63,727 nucleotides of DNA, filler included, from Kipferlia bialata (GCA_003568945.1; 7 parts of 5 records of this genome joined end to end with filler, not necessarily neighbours in it); one strand, 5' to 3'; shown: positions 12,043 through 23,870, numbered from the whole stretch's first letter. Numbers and translations are program-made. The notes: generated from the sequence alone by a model not told the origin.

Positions 12043-15000
12043 ATGGCAACAATCACACAGACTCCCACTGATGAGGGTGAGACCCGGTTTTCTTATATAT
12101 ACGACTTTAGATGGACGTCAGTAACCCCAGAGTGGGCTAAGGCCCTTGATACTATGCAGAAGACGGCCACCCGCGTTCTGCAGAAGGGCCCCAAGTTTGA
12201 GGAGTCTCTGCGGAAGATTATAGTGAAAATGCCTCAGCTTGGGTTCCTAGAACCCACCCACGCATACCATAATTCTTATCTGACGCTGAAGAGGGGTGAG
12301 ACTCCCAAGAAGCCCATTATCCGCCCCCAGCCCATGCTGGTCCAGCCAGCTCCTGCTGCCGACGTCCCCATGGGAGAGGGGGAGCAGAAGGGGGAGGGCG
12401 AGGCCCCAGCTGTTGCTGCGAAGCCAGCTGGTATGGTTGAGATGCGTCTGGAGACTGGGTCTTTGGCCGATCTGCAGGTTGGAGGCACAGGCCCTAACGA
12501 GGAGGCGGAGGAGAGAATGGTACGTGCAGTGGTTTACAGGGAGGACAATGGTCCTCTTGTGTCATTTGGTTTCTTTCCTCTTCGTGTTCCTCTTATTATC
12601 ACATTTGTATTCTGATTCTCTTTGTGTGGCGTTCTCAGCATCAACCTAAATATCTATTGTTCACTCTATTTTGCATGTGTGTCCTTACCCAGGCTGCGGA
12701 CGAGGCATGGGTCCTCAAGCACCCCCCTATGACTCCATTGCAGAGGGATATCATCAAGCTGTCTGCCCAGCACACAGCAGTGCAGGGTGGGTGATATTGT
12801 GGATATTATTCTCCATGTCCTGTTTTCGATGAATTGTGTGATTGGGAGAGTCGACTGCTCTGATTCCAGGCCCAGCTTTCTATAACGCCCTTCTTGCCAA
12901 GGAGACACTCTCCCGCGAGTTCGGATTCCTCCAGGTACTACTGCCATGTAAACATATAATTATCGCTCTCTATCTGAGTACGCCTCCCACCCCAGGTTGG
13001 ACACCCTTACTACTCGTACTTCAGGGCCCTGGTTGCTGCCTATGATAACGTGCTGTCCCCATCGCAGTCCGCCTTTAACCAGTACGTGTCCTCACTTCTC
13101 ACTCCCTCCCTCTCTCTCTCTCTCTCTAAATATACTTATACCTGCCTCTTACTGTCAGGTACAACCAGAACATGGACTTTGAGTCCTGGTTCAAGCTGGA
13201 GCACGGGCTGGCCAAGGACAGGTGTGTACTGTTGGGTGTATACACATATATATCCCCCTCACCCCCCCCCCCTCTCATCCTAGGGTGGGCATTGCCCAGG
13301 CCAAGCACAGGCAGGAGGAGGCCGACAAGAGGGCCAAGGAGGAGGGAGAGAGGACGGTCGGAGACGGACACGACTGGCGCCGCTTTGTTGTTGTGCAGAC
13401 CATCATGTTCAAGGACACCGACACCACAGACTCCCTGCCATTCGCCAGGTACACATGTATATATATATATATATTACACACAGTGACACACTGAGCTATG
13501 TCCTCTGATCCCAGGCTTGTCCCTGCCCCTGCCCTGCCCATTGAGAAGGGCCAGTACGCACAGACAGTCCACCAGACAGGTGGGATAATGAAGTATACAC
13601 TATCATATACTCATACACACACACACACATACTCTCACCCCTAGGTGTGTCCCAGGGCATGGAGGCCCCCTCCATCCCAGGTCTACAGGCCAACATGCCA
13701 GTGGCAGTCAAGCCCAGGCTCGCCATCCCAGGTACACACCACACTCCCTCTACCCCCCCTGACCTGTTATGTTCTCACACCCAGTTGCCCCTGTCAACGC
13801 CGATGCCGCCGCCCTCCCCGTTGCCAATGCAGAGATCGCCGCCCCCGCCCCCGCTGCCGACAAGGCTGGCCCCAAGAGGGCCGTGGCAGCCGGTGCCGGT
13901 AGGGTGCAGAGGTGTCCTGTGTGTGGAGAGGACATCCCGATTGCAGACTACAACGAGCATCTCAAGCACGAGCTGCAGCACCCCAAGTACCAGAAGCAGA
14001 GACAGGTATATTATATCAAATAATTACACACACATATATAACAGTATCACCCCCCCCCCCCCTTCCTCTCACCCCAGGCCCAGCTCAAGGGCAAGGCCTC
14101 TCAGTACCAGGTGGTGGAGGCCCCAGGCGCCGATATGGCCGCCCAACTCAAGAGCATGCTGTCCCACAGGCCAGACATTGTGGAGCAGACAGGTGGGGAT
14201 ACTGGGATATATATATATATGTGTGTGTGTGTGTATACTGATGTGTAGGTATGTATGTGCCCATCTTAGACACCTTACTCACTGCCAGAGACTGCCCGCA
14301 AGAACACGGAGGCCAAGGACAAGGCCCTGCTGGAGAGGGTCAAGGCCCAGCCAGCCTGGGACGGAAGGCAGGAGTCCATCAACGAGGTCAGGCAGCAGAG
14401 AGAGTACATGCACGCTAGGGGAGAGCTGCAGCTCCAGGGAGTCCCCCAGAAGCCCCAGTTTGCCGCCGGAGCCCTTGCCGGGCACCAGCAGACCCTCTAC
14501 CAGGGCATGCGCCACACCCTGCCTCCCCAGGTGGCCCCAGGCGGTGCAGTCCCCGGTGCCCCTCCCCTGGCCCAGGCCCCACCCCGCACCATGCCCGTGG
14601 CTGCCCCCGGTCCAGTTCCCTCCCAGCCCCTCCCCGTGTCCGCTGCCCCTGCCCCTGTGTCTAGCATGGGTGACCAGATGGCAGCCATGCAGAGCATGGG
14701 CGTGGTGCCCCAGGTGCCTGCCGCCCCAATGCGTCAGCCCGTGCCAGTGCAACCCGTGCCCACACAGCCCATGATGGGACAGATGGGCCAGATGGGTATG
14801 GGTCAGATGGCCCAGCCCATACCGGCCTCAGCCCAGCCTGCCCCGGCCCGTCAGACCCTGGACGTCATTGCAGCCGGTGGATCCATCACCCTGCACGTGC
14901 AGTACACCGACAAGGCCGGTACCAGCGCTGCGGTTGACGTCACCCTGCCCTCGTCCAAGGTGACCTGGAGGGACGTGTCCTCTGAGATCAGCAAGGCCAC

Positions 15001-15145
15001 AGGTGTCGCACCCCGTATCCAGAAGCTGCTCCTCAAGCTGCCCACTCCCGTGGTGCCCAAGCAGTCCGACACCCTGGAGGCTACCCTCGGCGGCCTCAGT
15101 GCTCTGCCTGTTATCGAGATGGCCATTAAGAAGAGAAGGCGGTAG
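12043..15145 (+). CDS. SF3A1: Splicing factor 3A subunit 1 (Prp21/SF3a120), multi-exon
   Basis: SURP1 'MQKTATRVLQKGPKFEESLRK...GFLEPTHAYHNSY'; SURP2 'RDIIKLSAQHTAVQG..FYNALLAKE..FGFLQVGHPYYSYF'; 'DWRRFVVVQTIMF'; 'CPVCGEDIPIADYNEHLKHELQHPKYQKQ'; 'WDG'; Pro/Gln-rich linker; C-terminal ubiquitin-like domain ending KKRRR. Confidence 0.92.
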
Positions 15146-15453
15146 ATAATAGAATCTGCGTGTACCTGGCTAACTACCAATTATTGATGTCATAGTATAC
15201 TGCTGTAGGAGCCTAAAAGACAGCACTCGGTGACACTCATTCTATTGAATACCTCTTCTTCATATTGGGACAAAACAACGAAGAAGATTCTCGGGCCCCA
15301 TAGCAGACATGATATATATGAATAGGAAGAATAATGAACATCTGGTGGCCTACTCAACCTGAGTCCCTGTCCCAGGCAGATGTTACGGTATCGCCACAAG
15401 TCGGTTGTAAGGGGATAGAGAGCTCGACCTAAACTTGCAAAACACAAAACCAC

Positions 15454-18400
15454 CTATGCTGAGGATTGGGGGCCTATGACTGCAATTGGGACTGTGACGC
15501 CAGGGATGTACACGATGGCACACTGGCATGGGGCAGTGGTGCCTTGGGCGGATGGGTCTCTGGCGTCATACCCATTGAGTGCCTGGAACCGAGACCCATC
15601 ACCAAACTGGCACCACACCACTGTATACCCTTCAACAGTGCACTTCACCTCATCAGATGGGTTGCAGCGGGCGTCATATCTAAGACGCTTCACAGCATCG
15701 TTGCCAAGCACCTGTGCCATTTGACCCTCACCCTCACGGACCTGCCGTAGGATCAGAGGATACACACAGTCGTGTGATACACCCCAGGCAAGGGGACGCC
15801 TCCTGTCGTGGCCCAGGTTGTTCTCAAGAGCACTGCGGATGTTGATGTCACTTGTCACAGTGTCGGGAAGCACCCACTCATGCCGAAGCTTCATCAGGAT
15901 AGCTGCTTGATGCAGGGACTTGGAGCTAGCCAAGCAAACCGGATAGTGTGCGATGGTCGAGTCAAACTGGATGGACTTGAGGTCAGTCCTTCTGACAGTA
16001 TTCCGAGTACCATCCAAACAACCAACCAAACACGCAGAAGGCTTGAGCGAGGGGAAGTGCTTCTGCAGATGATATATGTGATGGCCACGACCGGTGAGAG
16101 CCTGTGACACTAAGAGAGCCTCCCTCATGATGGGTTGCAGTGCTTGAGGGATAGGGCTAGCAGGTGGAGACCCGACCTCCAGAGACTCTAGGATGAAGAC
16201 AGCTGCATCCACACCAAGAGCCGCGGAGTATGGGGAGCTGGAAAGCATGACCTTCAGCTGACTGACAATAGCACTCTCATACGGGAGGTACGCATGTGGG
16301 TCTCTCCTCATGTTGTCCTTGAGATACTTGGTCAGGATCATGAGGGAGACGTGACACAGGGAAACCTGCTCACCACACATATCCTCCCTCGCAGACTCTA
16401 TACACGTGTTGAGGTTAGTGATCACTCTGGCAAACATAACCTGATCGAATGACGCACGCAGAAGGCTGCTCTCAGAATGGCGACGCAAGTCCTTGGCACA
16501 TAGTTGGATAGCAGTCATGAGGGTCGGTGTCATGTGGTTGAGGGTGACCACAGCCTCGAGGAAGGTGTCTAAGACGTCCAGGTAGTAGAACCCCTCCCGC
16601 GGCCCCTCTGTCCTTCCACACAGATCACTCGCAGTAGAGTCACATAAATACCCCTGGGACAGAAAGCGGAGGAACCTCTCATCTGTCATCACATGTCTCA
16701 GACTAGCGTGGCAGGGGTCAATAGCCCTGGTTCTGTCCCCTCCACAGCGCCAGTCCTCAGAGTGGACTACACCCAATATGACAGCAGCGTAGTATGGGTT
16801 CTCGATGCCCAGGGTGCCACAGTCAAGATCCCTGCCAAGAAGGCGAGTAGGGCTATGTCTGCAGATATCAGATCCAGTGAGAGTAGTTAATAGCGTCTCG
16901 TCAAGCTTGACCTCGATGTTGGCACCTAGAATACAGTACCAACATGACTGACAAAGAGCCCTTCTCCCAGCAGCACCAAGCACATCAACAAGCATCTTGG
17001 CACACACCGCTACATCGTCTGTCTTTCCAGACATGGCAGAGTGGATGGAGTCCCATACAGTCACGTTCTCAAGCTCCAAGACATGCCTAAGATCAGGAAA
17101 CATCTCAGGGGCATCGAGGGTCCGATATCCGTGAATGGCTCGGATAGCAAAGGAAAGAGAGCTAGCCTTGTGGTAGGTCGATGTCTGAAAGTACGGCACA
17201 GCCACATGCACAACAGGGCAACGGAACAGGGAGGTCATTCCTGACAAGCGCAACTTGCTCTCCCCTCTCAGCACGAGGGCTATACCCCTGAAGCAGTGCT
17301 TACGTACGAGTCCCTGCGCCGCCGCAACCACCTGGTTTAGGGAGTCTGCGGATACAGTGTCTGCTACCCGAGGATCCATCACGACACCTACCAAGAACAT
17401 CTCCTTCTGGAGGCGACCAACCTCCCTCTCCAGTGTCATATCCCCTAAGCATGACGGGACAAGGCCACTGGGTGTGGAGTCACCAGACTCAGGGGTCACA
17501 GAAGAGAGGACCGCACACACTAAACCTGGGTCCTCCTGACCACCTCGGAGAGAGTTGATGGCATGCTTGGCGTCGATAGAGGTGGGTACAAGCCCACCAG
17601 TAGACATGAGGGTGACCCCACTCCGTTCCAGTGCTACAGACAGGTCTGCCCCATATGTCACAGGCTGACCCCTGGCAAGAAGGGGGCGGCGGGGCTCTAT
17701 CAGTACCCATGGTATGCATCGGCCAGACTCAGTGTCTGACACGACGGTGTGAGGGGATGAAATTGGTGCCGATCCCTCTCCGAAGCCCAGACACACAAAG
17801 CGACACTCCCCAAACACCTGAAAACACTTAGACACAACAGCTCTGAGCTTCTTGGCCTCAAGGGTGTCAGAGGCACTCTCACACCTGAATAGCTGGATGT
17901 GTCTGCAGCCAAATCCAGTGGGTCCAAGCTCAGTCATCCGTATCAATGGAAGGAACGGAAGGTCATGGGGATCTTCCATATCTGCTCCCGGTGCACCAAC
18001 CACGGCGGACACTACAGCCCTGTGGTCAGGAGATGGGCGCTGCAGCGCCAACTCCATGCAATACGCCTTAAATGCACCTGGCTCCGTCCCCACTAACACG
18101 ACGACACGCTTCGAGGGAGCAGCCGGGGCCCATGTCACCATGTTGGTAGACACGGTACGCTGCAGCAGTGAGTTGTCCATACGTTGAATACGATGTGAAC
18201 CGGCACCATCGTCTTGGAGACAGAGGTGGGGACTCTGGTGGAGGGGTACGTCTGTGGGCCTGCATGTGTGGAAGAGCGGCAGACGTGCCTGCTCGCTACC
18301 ATCAGGACGTAGAGCTCTGGTAGTGTCAATTGACACCTGCAAGTATGCACCGGTACCGTCATTGTGGACTGTCATGCGGACAAGCTCGCTGTAGAGGGGG

Positions 18401-20151
18401 GAGTCGATGTTGAGCGCAGGCCTGAGACACAGGTGCTGCTCCCTCTCTATAGATATGTCCATCGCCCCTGGGAGTCGGTCATACACCCCTGCGAAGAAGT
18501 AGGTGACCATAACTGCAAGTAGAGACGGGTGGAGCCTCTCAAGGGAGAGTGGCACAGAGAGGTTCTTGGACCCCTTTCCATGTTCCTCCACACCAATCCC
18601 TATACATGTCTCTCTACCAGTCAGAATGGAGGTGTTGAGAAGCCCACACAGAGTCCCGGGAAGGACGGGCAGAAGGGCCTTGTACACATCAATCAACCAG
18701 GAGGTATCATCCTCAAACTGGATTGGGCCCACTCCCTTGTACTCAAGAAAGGTATCCTCCTGTCTCAGTCGGGAGGCCAGAGAGCTGCCTTTCTCCCCAG
18801 CATGGTGAGCAAAGGACCCAAGGGATCCGTCCAGATCCACCTCACTATACCCTTGGATGGGAGGCAGTGAGGCAGACAAGAAGTCCGCAGCGCAATCCCT
18901 GTTGAAATTGCGATTATGTGTCTTGGTGAAGTCGTAGGGCATCCGTGCTGATACATGCCCTGTCTGGAGCAGGCCCGAGGGGCACACCACAGGGCCTGCC
19001 ACTCTATGTATCCATGGGATGGTGGCATTCTCTGTTCCCTTCCTGTAGCACAGTCTCTTGTGCCTACACACCATTGGGGTGGTGAGAAGTGGCAGGCCAT
19101 GAGGCATACGACGGATACCCACCACGGGACGGTAGTTATCCTCACCGATGTTGTGGTATATCAGAACAATGCGGTGCTCTGGTGAGTTCATATCCTTGTG
19201 AATAGCATTCATAAGGGAATGTACCCCCTTGCCGTTGTGCTCATTGCGTGAAATGGGTGCCGAGGAGTCCCAAATTCCCTTGTCCTCACCCATACCAGAG
19301 AATGGCGCCCCATGGATACTACTCTGCACAACATCCAAGGGACCGGCCCTTGTGGGGAAGAACAGGAATGTTGTGTGACTCCCAGATACCTTGAGAGAGT
19401 GGGCGTGGTTCCAGCATGCCGTGATGAACTCGGGGACGGTCCATGCCCCTGTATCCACGCCGGTCACCAGGGTCTTGGGGTAATCGCTGTCAGGGAGGTC
19501 AAGGAGGCAAGGGAGATCACTGGACACACCAACTTGATAATAGCCCATCTCGTAGGGACTCACGTCTAGGGTGACAGCGCCTAGAGAGCTCTGGTCTGCC
19601 GAGTCGACAACAAACGGCAGTACAAGAGGGAGGATACCTGCTGGAACACAGTCCTGGGAGAGAGGACGGAGGTCAGACAATGAGGGCCAGATGTCACCTT
19701 CCACACTGCCCACAGCAGGGAAGAGACCCACTGTCACTAGGACGACATCACCAGCAGCCAATGCGCCGAGATCATCACGGTGACTCTGATCAGCATCAGG
19801 GGTCAAGACTGGGAAGTGGGAGCGCACAGGGAGTGCTGACAGGTCATACGTGTCATCAACAAGTAGGGACAGGAAACCCATCTCAAGTGACTCTAGAGAG
19901 TGGGGGGGGAGGGCAACACACTTGCCCACGGGAGAATTGCTTTGATTCACCCTGCGCCATTGCACACCATCAAGCGCATATGGTGCCCGCACAATATCCC
20001 GGTAACGCTTGGTCCGAACTTGTACCTGGGAACCAGAAGTCTTGGCCACTGTAACAGAGTCACACACATCCTCATCCTCATACAGAGGCATCTTGAACTG
20101 GTGGCTCCCAGAGAGACCCTGTTTGCGCGAAGCAGACAGCATCTGGTGCAT
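15454..20151 (-). CDS. Intronless 1565-aa protein with an AlbA_2/Schlafen-like domain; possible SAMD9-like architecture
   Basis: Single long ORF. 'QEDTFLEYKG...LCGLLNT...TCIGIGVEE' at ~18580-18765 follows the AlbA_2 pattern E-x3-LEFK...AFLNT..G.I.IGV.D. Confidence 0.7.
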   Translation of the reverse strand: MHQMLSASRKQGLSGSHQFKMPLYEDEDVCDSVTVAKTSGSQVQVRTKRYRDIVRAPYALDGVQWRRVNQSNSPVGKCVALPPHSLESLEMGFLSLLVDDTYDLSALPVRSHFPVLTPDADQSHRDDLGALAAGDVVLVTVGLFPAVGSVEGDIWPSLSDLRPLSQDCVPAGILPLVLPFVVDSADQSSLGAVTLDVSPYEMGYYQVGVSSDLPCLLDLPDSDYPKTLVTGVDTGAWTVPEFITACWNHAHSLKVSGSHTTFLFFPTRAGPLDVVQSSIHGAPFSGMGEDKGIWDSSAPISRNEHNGKGVHSLMNAIHKDMNSPEHRIVLIYHNIGEDNYRPVVGIRRMPHGLPLLTTPMVCRHKRLCYRKGTENATIPWIHRVAGPVVCPSGLLQTGHVSARMPYDFTKTHNRNFNRDCAADFLSASLPPIQGYSEVDLDGSLGSFAHHAGEKGSSLASRLRQEDTFLEYKGVGPIQFEDDTSWLIDVYKALLPVLPGTLCGLLNTSILTGRETCIGIGVEEHGKGSKNLSVPLSLERLHPSLLAVMVTYFFAGVYDRLPGAMDISIEREQHLCLRPALNIDSPLYSELVRMTVHNDGTGAYLQVSIDTTRALRPDGSEQARLPLFHTCRPTDVPLHQSPHLCLQDDGAGSHRIQRMDNSLLQRTVSTNMVTWAPAAPSKRVVVLVGTEPGAFKAYCMELALQRPSPDHRAVVSAVVGAPGADMEDPHDLPFLPLIRMTELGPTGFGCRHIQLFRCESASDTLEAKKLRAVVSKCFQVFGECRFVCLGFGEGSAPISSPHTVVSDTESGRCIPWVLIEPRRPLLARGQPVTYGADLSVALERSGVTLMSTGGLVPTSIDAKHAINSLRGGQEDPGLVCAVLSSVTPESGDSTPSGLVPSCLGDMTLEREVGRLQKEMFLVGVVMDPRVADTVSADSLNQVVAAAQGLVRKHCFRGIALVLRGESKLRLSGMTSLFRCPVVHVAVPYFQTSTYHKASSLSFAIRAIHGYRTLDAPEMFPDLRHVLELENVTVWDSIHSAMSGKTDDVAVCAKMLVDVLGAAGRRALCQSCWYCILGANIEVKLDETLLTTLTGSDICRHSPTRLLGRDLDCGTLGIENPYYAAVILGVVHSEDWRCGGDRTRAIDPCHASLRHVMTDERFLRFLSQGYLCDSTASDLCGRTEGPREGFYYLDVLDTFLEAVVTLNHMTPTLMTAIQLCAKDLRRHSESSLLRASFDQVMFARVITNLNTCIESAREDMCGEQVSLCHVSLMILTKYLKDNMRRDPHAYLPYESAIVSQLKVMLSSSPYSAALGVDAAVFILESLEVGSPPASPIPQALQPIMREALLVSQALTGRGHHIYHLQKHFPSLKPSACLVGCLDGTRNTVRRTDLKSIQFDSTIAHYPVCLASSKSLHQAAILMKLRHEWVLPDTVTSDINIRSALENNLGHDRRRPLAWGVSHDCVYPLILRQVREGEGQMAQVLGNDAVKRLRYDARCNPSDEVKCTVEGYTVVWCQFGDGSRFQALNGYDARDPSAQGTTAPCQCAIVYIPGVTVPIAVIGPQSSA

Positions 20152-20679
20152 ACCATATCCTGGCGTAAATCAAGTCCGTCTGCTTACCTATCTTATACAC
20201 GTCAATGAAACAACTCACAAGACACTTGATACTATTAGATCTAGTATCATGTTACCTGTGGGCAGAACGGGCAGCAGTAAATGAAGCACAAGTCCTTGGG
20301 CTTCACTCATTTGTGACCGACGCCTGATAATTAGACTGTTGCACAACCCATAGATCTATGTCAATGTCTAATAAATATACTATGTCAGATGCCATTGATC
20401 GGCCATGCACATCGGAAGACTGAAAGGGAGAATAATGGGTCAGACACTGACCTACAAGACAACCCGTATCGAGGATTTCTAGAGGCGGCATGAGGGTAAA
20501 AAAGGTAGAGCTGAGTCTCAGTCTGATGATCAGACTCTGATCTGAGACCGAGAGGGTGTGTGACAACAAAAACAGGATGACTCTCTGTTTTCCACTAAGT
20601 CAAGGTCACTGCAAGGTTGTAAGTCTCTCTTGAGTGGCCGTACCCCCTGTTTCTAAGGTCTTGGTGGGGTTGAGTTGCC

Positions 20680-22498
20680 ATGATTCGCGATATATTGATC
20701 GTGAACCGGCATTCTGGCCTCATTGAGTTCCAAAAGCGGTTTTTGTCGGTTGTGCCGCAACCACTGGGTACTGCGTCCCTCCTAGCCGCTCTGTTGCATC
20801 TAGTGGAGGATACCGTGCGGTTACCGATGCGTTCCATTAGGATGGGGTCTATATCGGTATCATTTGCCCTTCCGGCCACCCCTCTCTCTTCCTACCAGCC
20901 TGCTTCCCACCCTGCCCGTGGGGCTCACTCTCCACCCCCTCGGACACCTAAGGGTGACCAGCTCTTTGCTGCTCTGTTCCATGACAGTAGCGATGACCCG
21001 AAGGTGTGTCAGAGGCTGGCAAAGTGTATACTGAGAAGTCTCAGTAGTATGAGTGCGGACGGTAAGCCCATGGGACGTGACGCCCGGGCTATGCGTGGGG
21101 GTAAGGCTGGTGGTAAGAAGGGCTTGCGGTTGCAGATGGCGATGGAGCTGCCCAAGGCTGTGCGTCTGTGCATCCGTGACACCCTGACCACCCTTCTGCA
21201 CTGCAGTGAGAGTGTGCACTCCACTGCTCTGGTGCTGCCCCTCTCCTCGGAGGACACGGTCTCCTCGGCATCCTTCTCATTCATATCCAGCGCCAGTAGC
21301 AGCCAACAGGTATGCTCAGACACTGTTGGGTGGATCTCTATAATTCTATCTATCTCTTTCTTTATGAATCTGACCCCCACAGGTCATTCTCCCCGCCCCC
21401 CCAGGTGGTAGTGGGCACAGCAGGCAGCGGTCTCACCAGTACCAGCACCACAGACCCCGCACCGCTGCCCCAGTGGTGACTCTGTCCAGTACGGGTGGAC
21501 AGGTGGGTGTCAGGAGTGGGATTGGGTTGGCCTAGACACAGTCCATATTATGTATCCCATTCGCATATGTGCATATATATACTGTTGTGGGCAGGCGTAG
21601 TCCGGTATACCCCCCCCCCCCGCAACCTCTATGTGCTCTCTCCCGACGTATCCTCTCTCATCTCATCTATGCCTCTCACCCTCAGTCTAGCATTGCTAGG
21701 CGGTCTGGCCCTAGTTCCATCACCCTCCGCAACTTCCACTCCCGGCCTGTGGGTTCGTCTGAGGCCAGGCGCCCCTCCACGGCCTCTGCCTCAGACACTT
21801 CAGTATCAATGTCCCAGGATACACCCAAGCCCAGGGTGGGGGGGAGCATGTCCATGAGGGGCAGACGTCAGCCCCTGAGGGGTGGCACCACTCCCTCTGT
21901 GACCATGGGCGCCAAGGCCTCGTCCCTCTCCATGTCCAAGACCCCTCTGCACATGTACACAGTGCAGAGTGCCAGCCACAGGAGGGTGGTGTACCACAAG
22001 CCCGAGGTGCTGTCTCTGGTGACCAGGCTGGACTACCTCATCAACACGGTGTCAGACGTCGCAGCCCTGGGGAATGCACCCCCGGCACGTCTAGTCTTCA
22101 CCTCTGGTATCACTCTAGGCAGAGAGAGGGGCAGGGGGAGGGGGGATGAGATGGAGAGCCCCAGCATACTGGCAGCCGGGAGGGGTGTCAAGAGCGAGGG
22201 GGATCTGCTTGACATCTCTGATCCTGCCCCCCCTGAGACAGTCACGGAGCTGAGGGCTGTGAGGGGCACGTACCTGGTGGCCCTGTACGAGAGGGAGGCC
22301 TCTGTGGCTGTATCCCCTTCAGTGGCAGAGGCTGATGAGGGAGAGGAGGGAGAGGAGGGAGAGGAGGGGGGCGCCGTGTCTCTCTCCCCCTCCCCCGCTG
22401 AGGACACTGTCAATGTGGTGGATGTGGCCATGACCCGTGCTCTGTTAGAGCTGGGCCAGTTGCTGCAGGTGCTGTCAGTGCTCGAGGGGTCCTGCTAG
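20680..22498 (+). CDS. Hypothetical protein with N-terminal longin-like domain (multi-exon)
   Basis: 'MIRDILIVNRHSGLIEFQKRF...LLAALLHLVEDTV...MRSIRMGSISVSF...LFAALFHDSSDDPKVCQRLAKCILRSL' fits the longin bb-a-bbb-aa pattern. Introns start near 21310 and 21503. The last exon ends at TAG 22498. Confidence 0.6.
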
Positions 22499-22760
22499 GC
22501 CACTCCCTCGTGTGTTGGGCACTAGTCTGTCCCTGAGTCCTGACCAGCTTGTGTTGTGTGTACCATACCTGTTCACCCCCTCTGTCCATGTCTCTGACCC
22601 TCTCCCTATGGGAAGGTGTCAGTGAGTGGCTGTGTGTTTGTTATGTGGGTTGTCTGTGTTACTGTTTCTTGTCTTGTTTGTAAATGTTTCTTGTCTGGTC
22701 ATCGTGATGCGGGGTTTCATGTGTTCATACGGATACACTTCACACTATACTATTACTCAT

Positions 22761-22832
22761 TATGCATCTATTCACCGCTCGTGATCAGTGGGCAACTGAT
22801 TATGCTTATCACTGGCCGGTCAGCACGGCATA
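22761..22832 (-). promoter_or_regulatory. Candidate SECIS element (non-canonical CUGA core, type II-like)
   Basis: Minus strand reads TATGC-cgtg-CTGAC-cggccagtgat-AA-gcata-ATCAGT-tgccc-ACTGAT-cacgagcgg-TGAA-tagat-GCATA. Helix I, GA/GA quartet spacing, AA and an apical mini-hairpin are present. Helix II is imperfect. Confidence 0.45.
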
Positions 22833-22891
22833 GAGACTGGTGCATGGTATGCCGGGTTGGTGTGACACCATGCACCCAGTCTACCTTGGGT

Positions 22892-23560
22892 CTACTCCAG
22901 CCTGGCACCGATGTCGGTGAGGGCATCGATGATGTCACTCTCGGACATGGTCTGGGGGGAGAGAGAGAGAGGTGCGTGGACGGTGAAGAGGTGTATGCAT
23001 ACATATGCGTGACAATATATAGAAGCACCATCCACATACCTTGGATACCCTCAGCTTGTTTCCAAACAGCTCTCCGTCCCTGGGATAAGAAAATCACGGA
23101 GGGGGAAAGGGAGAGGAGTATGACATTGATTAGGTATGATGATGACAAGACAATGACAGGTCGTACTTTGTGAAGAGGAAGAAGGGGTTTCCGGTACGGT
23201 AGTTGATCTCAAGGTCAAACAGGGCTACGGACTCGCCACGGACGAATTTCTGGGGTGAGGATCAAGTTGTGCAACTGAGATGGATCGATTGACTGGGATA
23301 CCACACTGACAGTCACCAGAGAGTAGAGAGTGACCCCTGCGTACCTTCAGACCGGGCCAGCCCTTCATACGTCATCCTGCTGGTGTGTAGAGCTTGGCCT
23401 GCACTGCGGCAGTCATGGGCACCTCCTCTGTCTCGCTGGCATCAGCGCCAGTCCTCACCCCATCGACATAGAGTGGGGCCCCGGCCTCACGCAGACAGGC
23501 TACGGAGGTCACGAGGACGAGGAGGAGGGCCACGATTGCAAGCAACCGGGCTGATCTCAT
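22892..23560 (-). CDS. Selenoprotein of the SELENOF(Sep15)/SELENOM/SELENOE(Fep15) family, 132 aa, Sec at codon 63; exons 23560-23345, 23249-23167, 23079-23040, 22951-22892
   Basis: Signal peptide MRSARLLAIVALLLVLVTSVAC. In-frame TGA at 23374-23372. Reading through gives 'AKLYTPAG-U-RMKGWPGLKKFVRGESVALFDLEINYRTGNPFFLFTKDGELFGNKLRVSKTMSESDIIDALTDIGARLE*' across three canonical in-phase introns, matching the Sep15/SelM thioredoxin-like domain pattern. Confidence 0.85.
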
Positions 23561-23870
23561 AATTTGGATCGCAAGGTGGGGGTGGGTCTCTGTGTTGGCA
23601 AGCTCGACTTGAAGGAGAAGATAAATGTCAACTCTTGGTCTCAACGTTTTTGAATCTTCTGTACTACACCCTTTCATAACAGAGAGGGAGGCCTTGCAGA
23701 AGAGGGTTCTATTTGACAGCCACCTATGCAGCCTCTTCTCTCATATACTACATGCTTCCGTGCCTCTCGGAAGTAACACCGTGGATCCCCATACTGATCC
23801 AAGGATCCTTTACGAAAATACACAACCTTCAATTACACTGCACCCTTGTATCCTACGGAGTGTTTCGAGT

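Noticed and set aside
13647..14774. 375-aa Pro-rich ORF
   Set aside because: It is an alternative frame running through SF3A1 exons and introns.
15454..20151. Transposon or viral origin of the long intronless ORF
   Set aside because: No RT, integrase, transposase or capsid motifs, and no terminal repeats or target-site duplications were seen.
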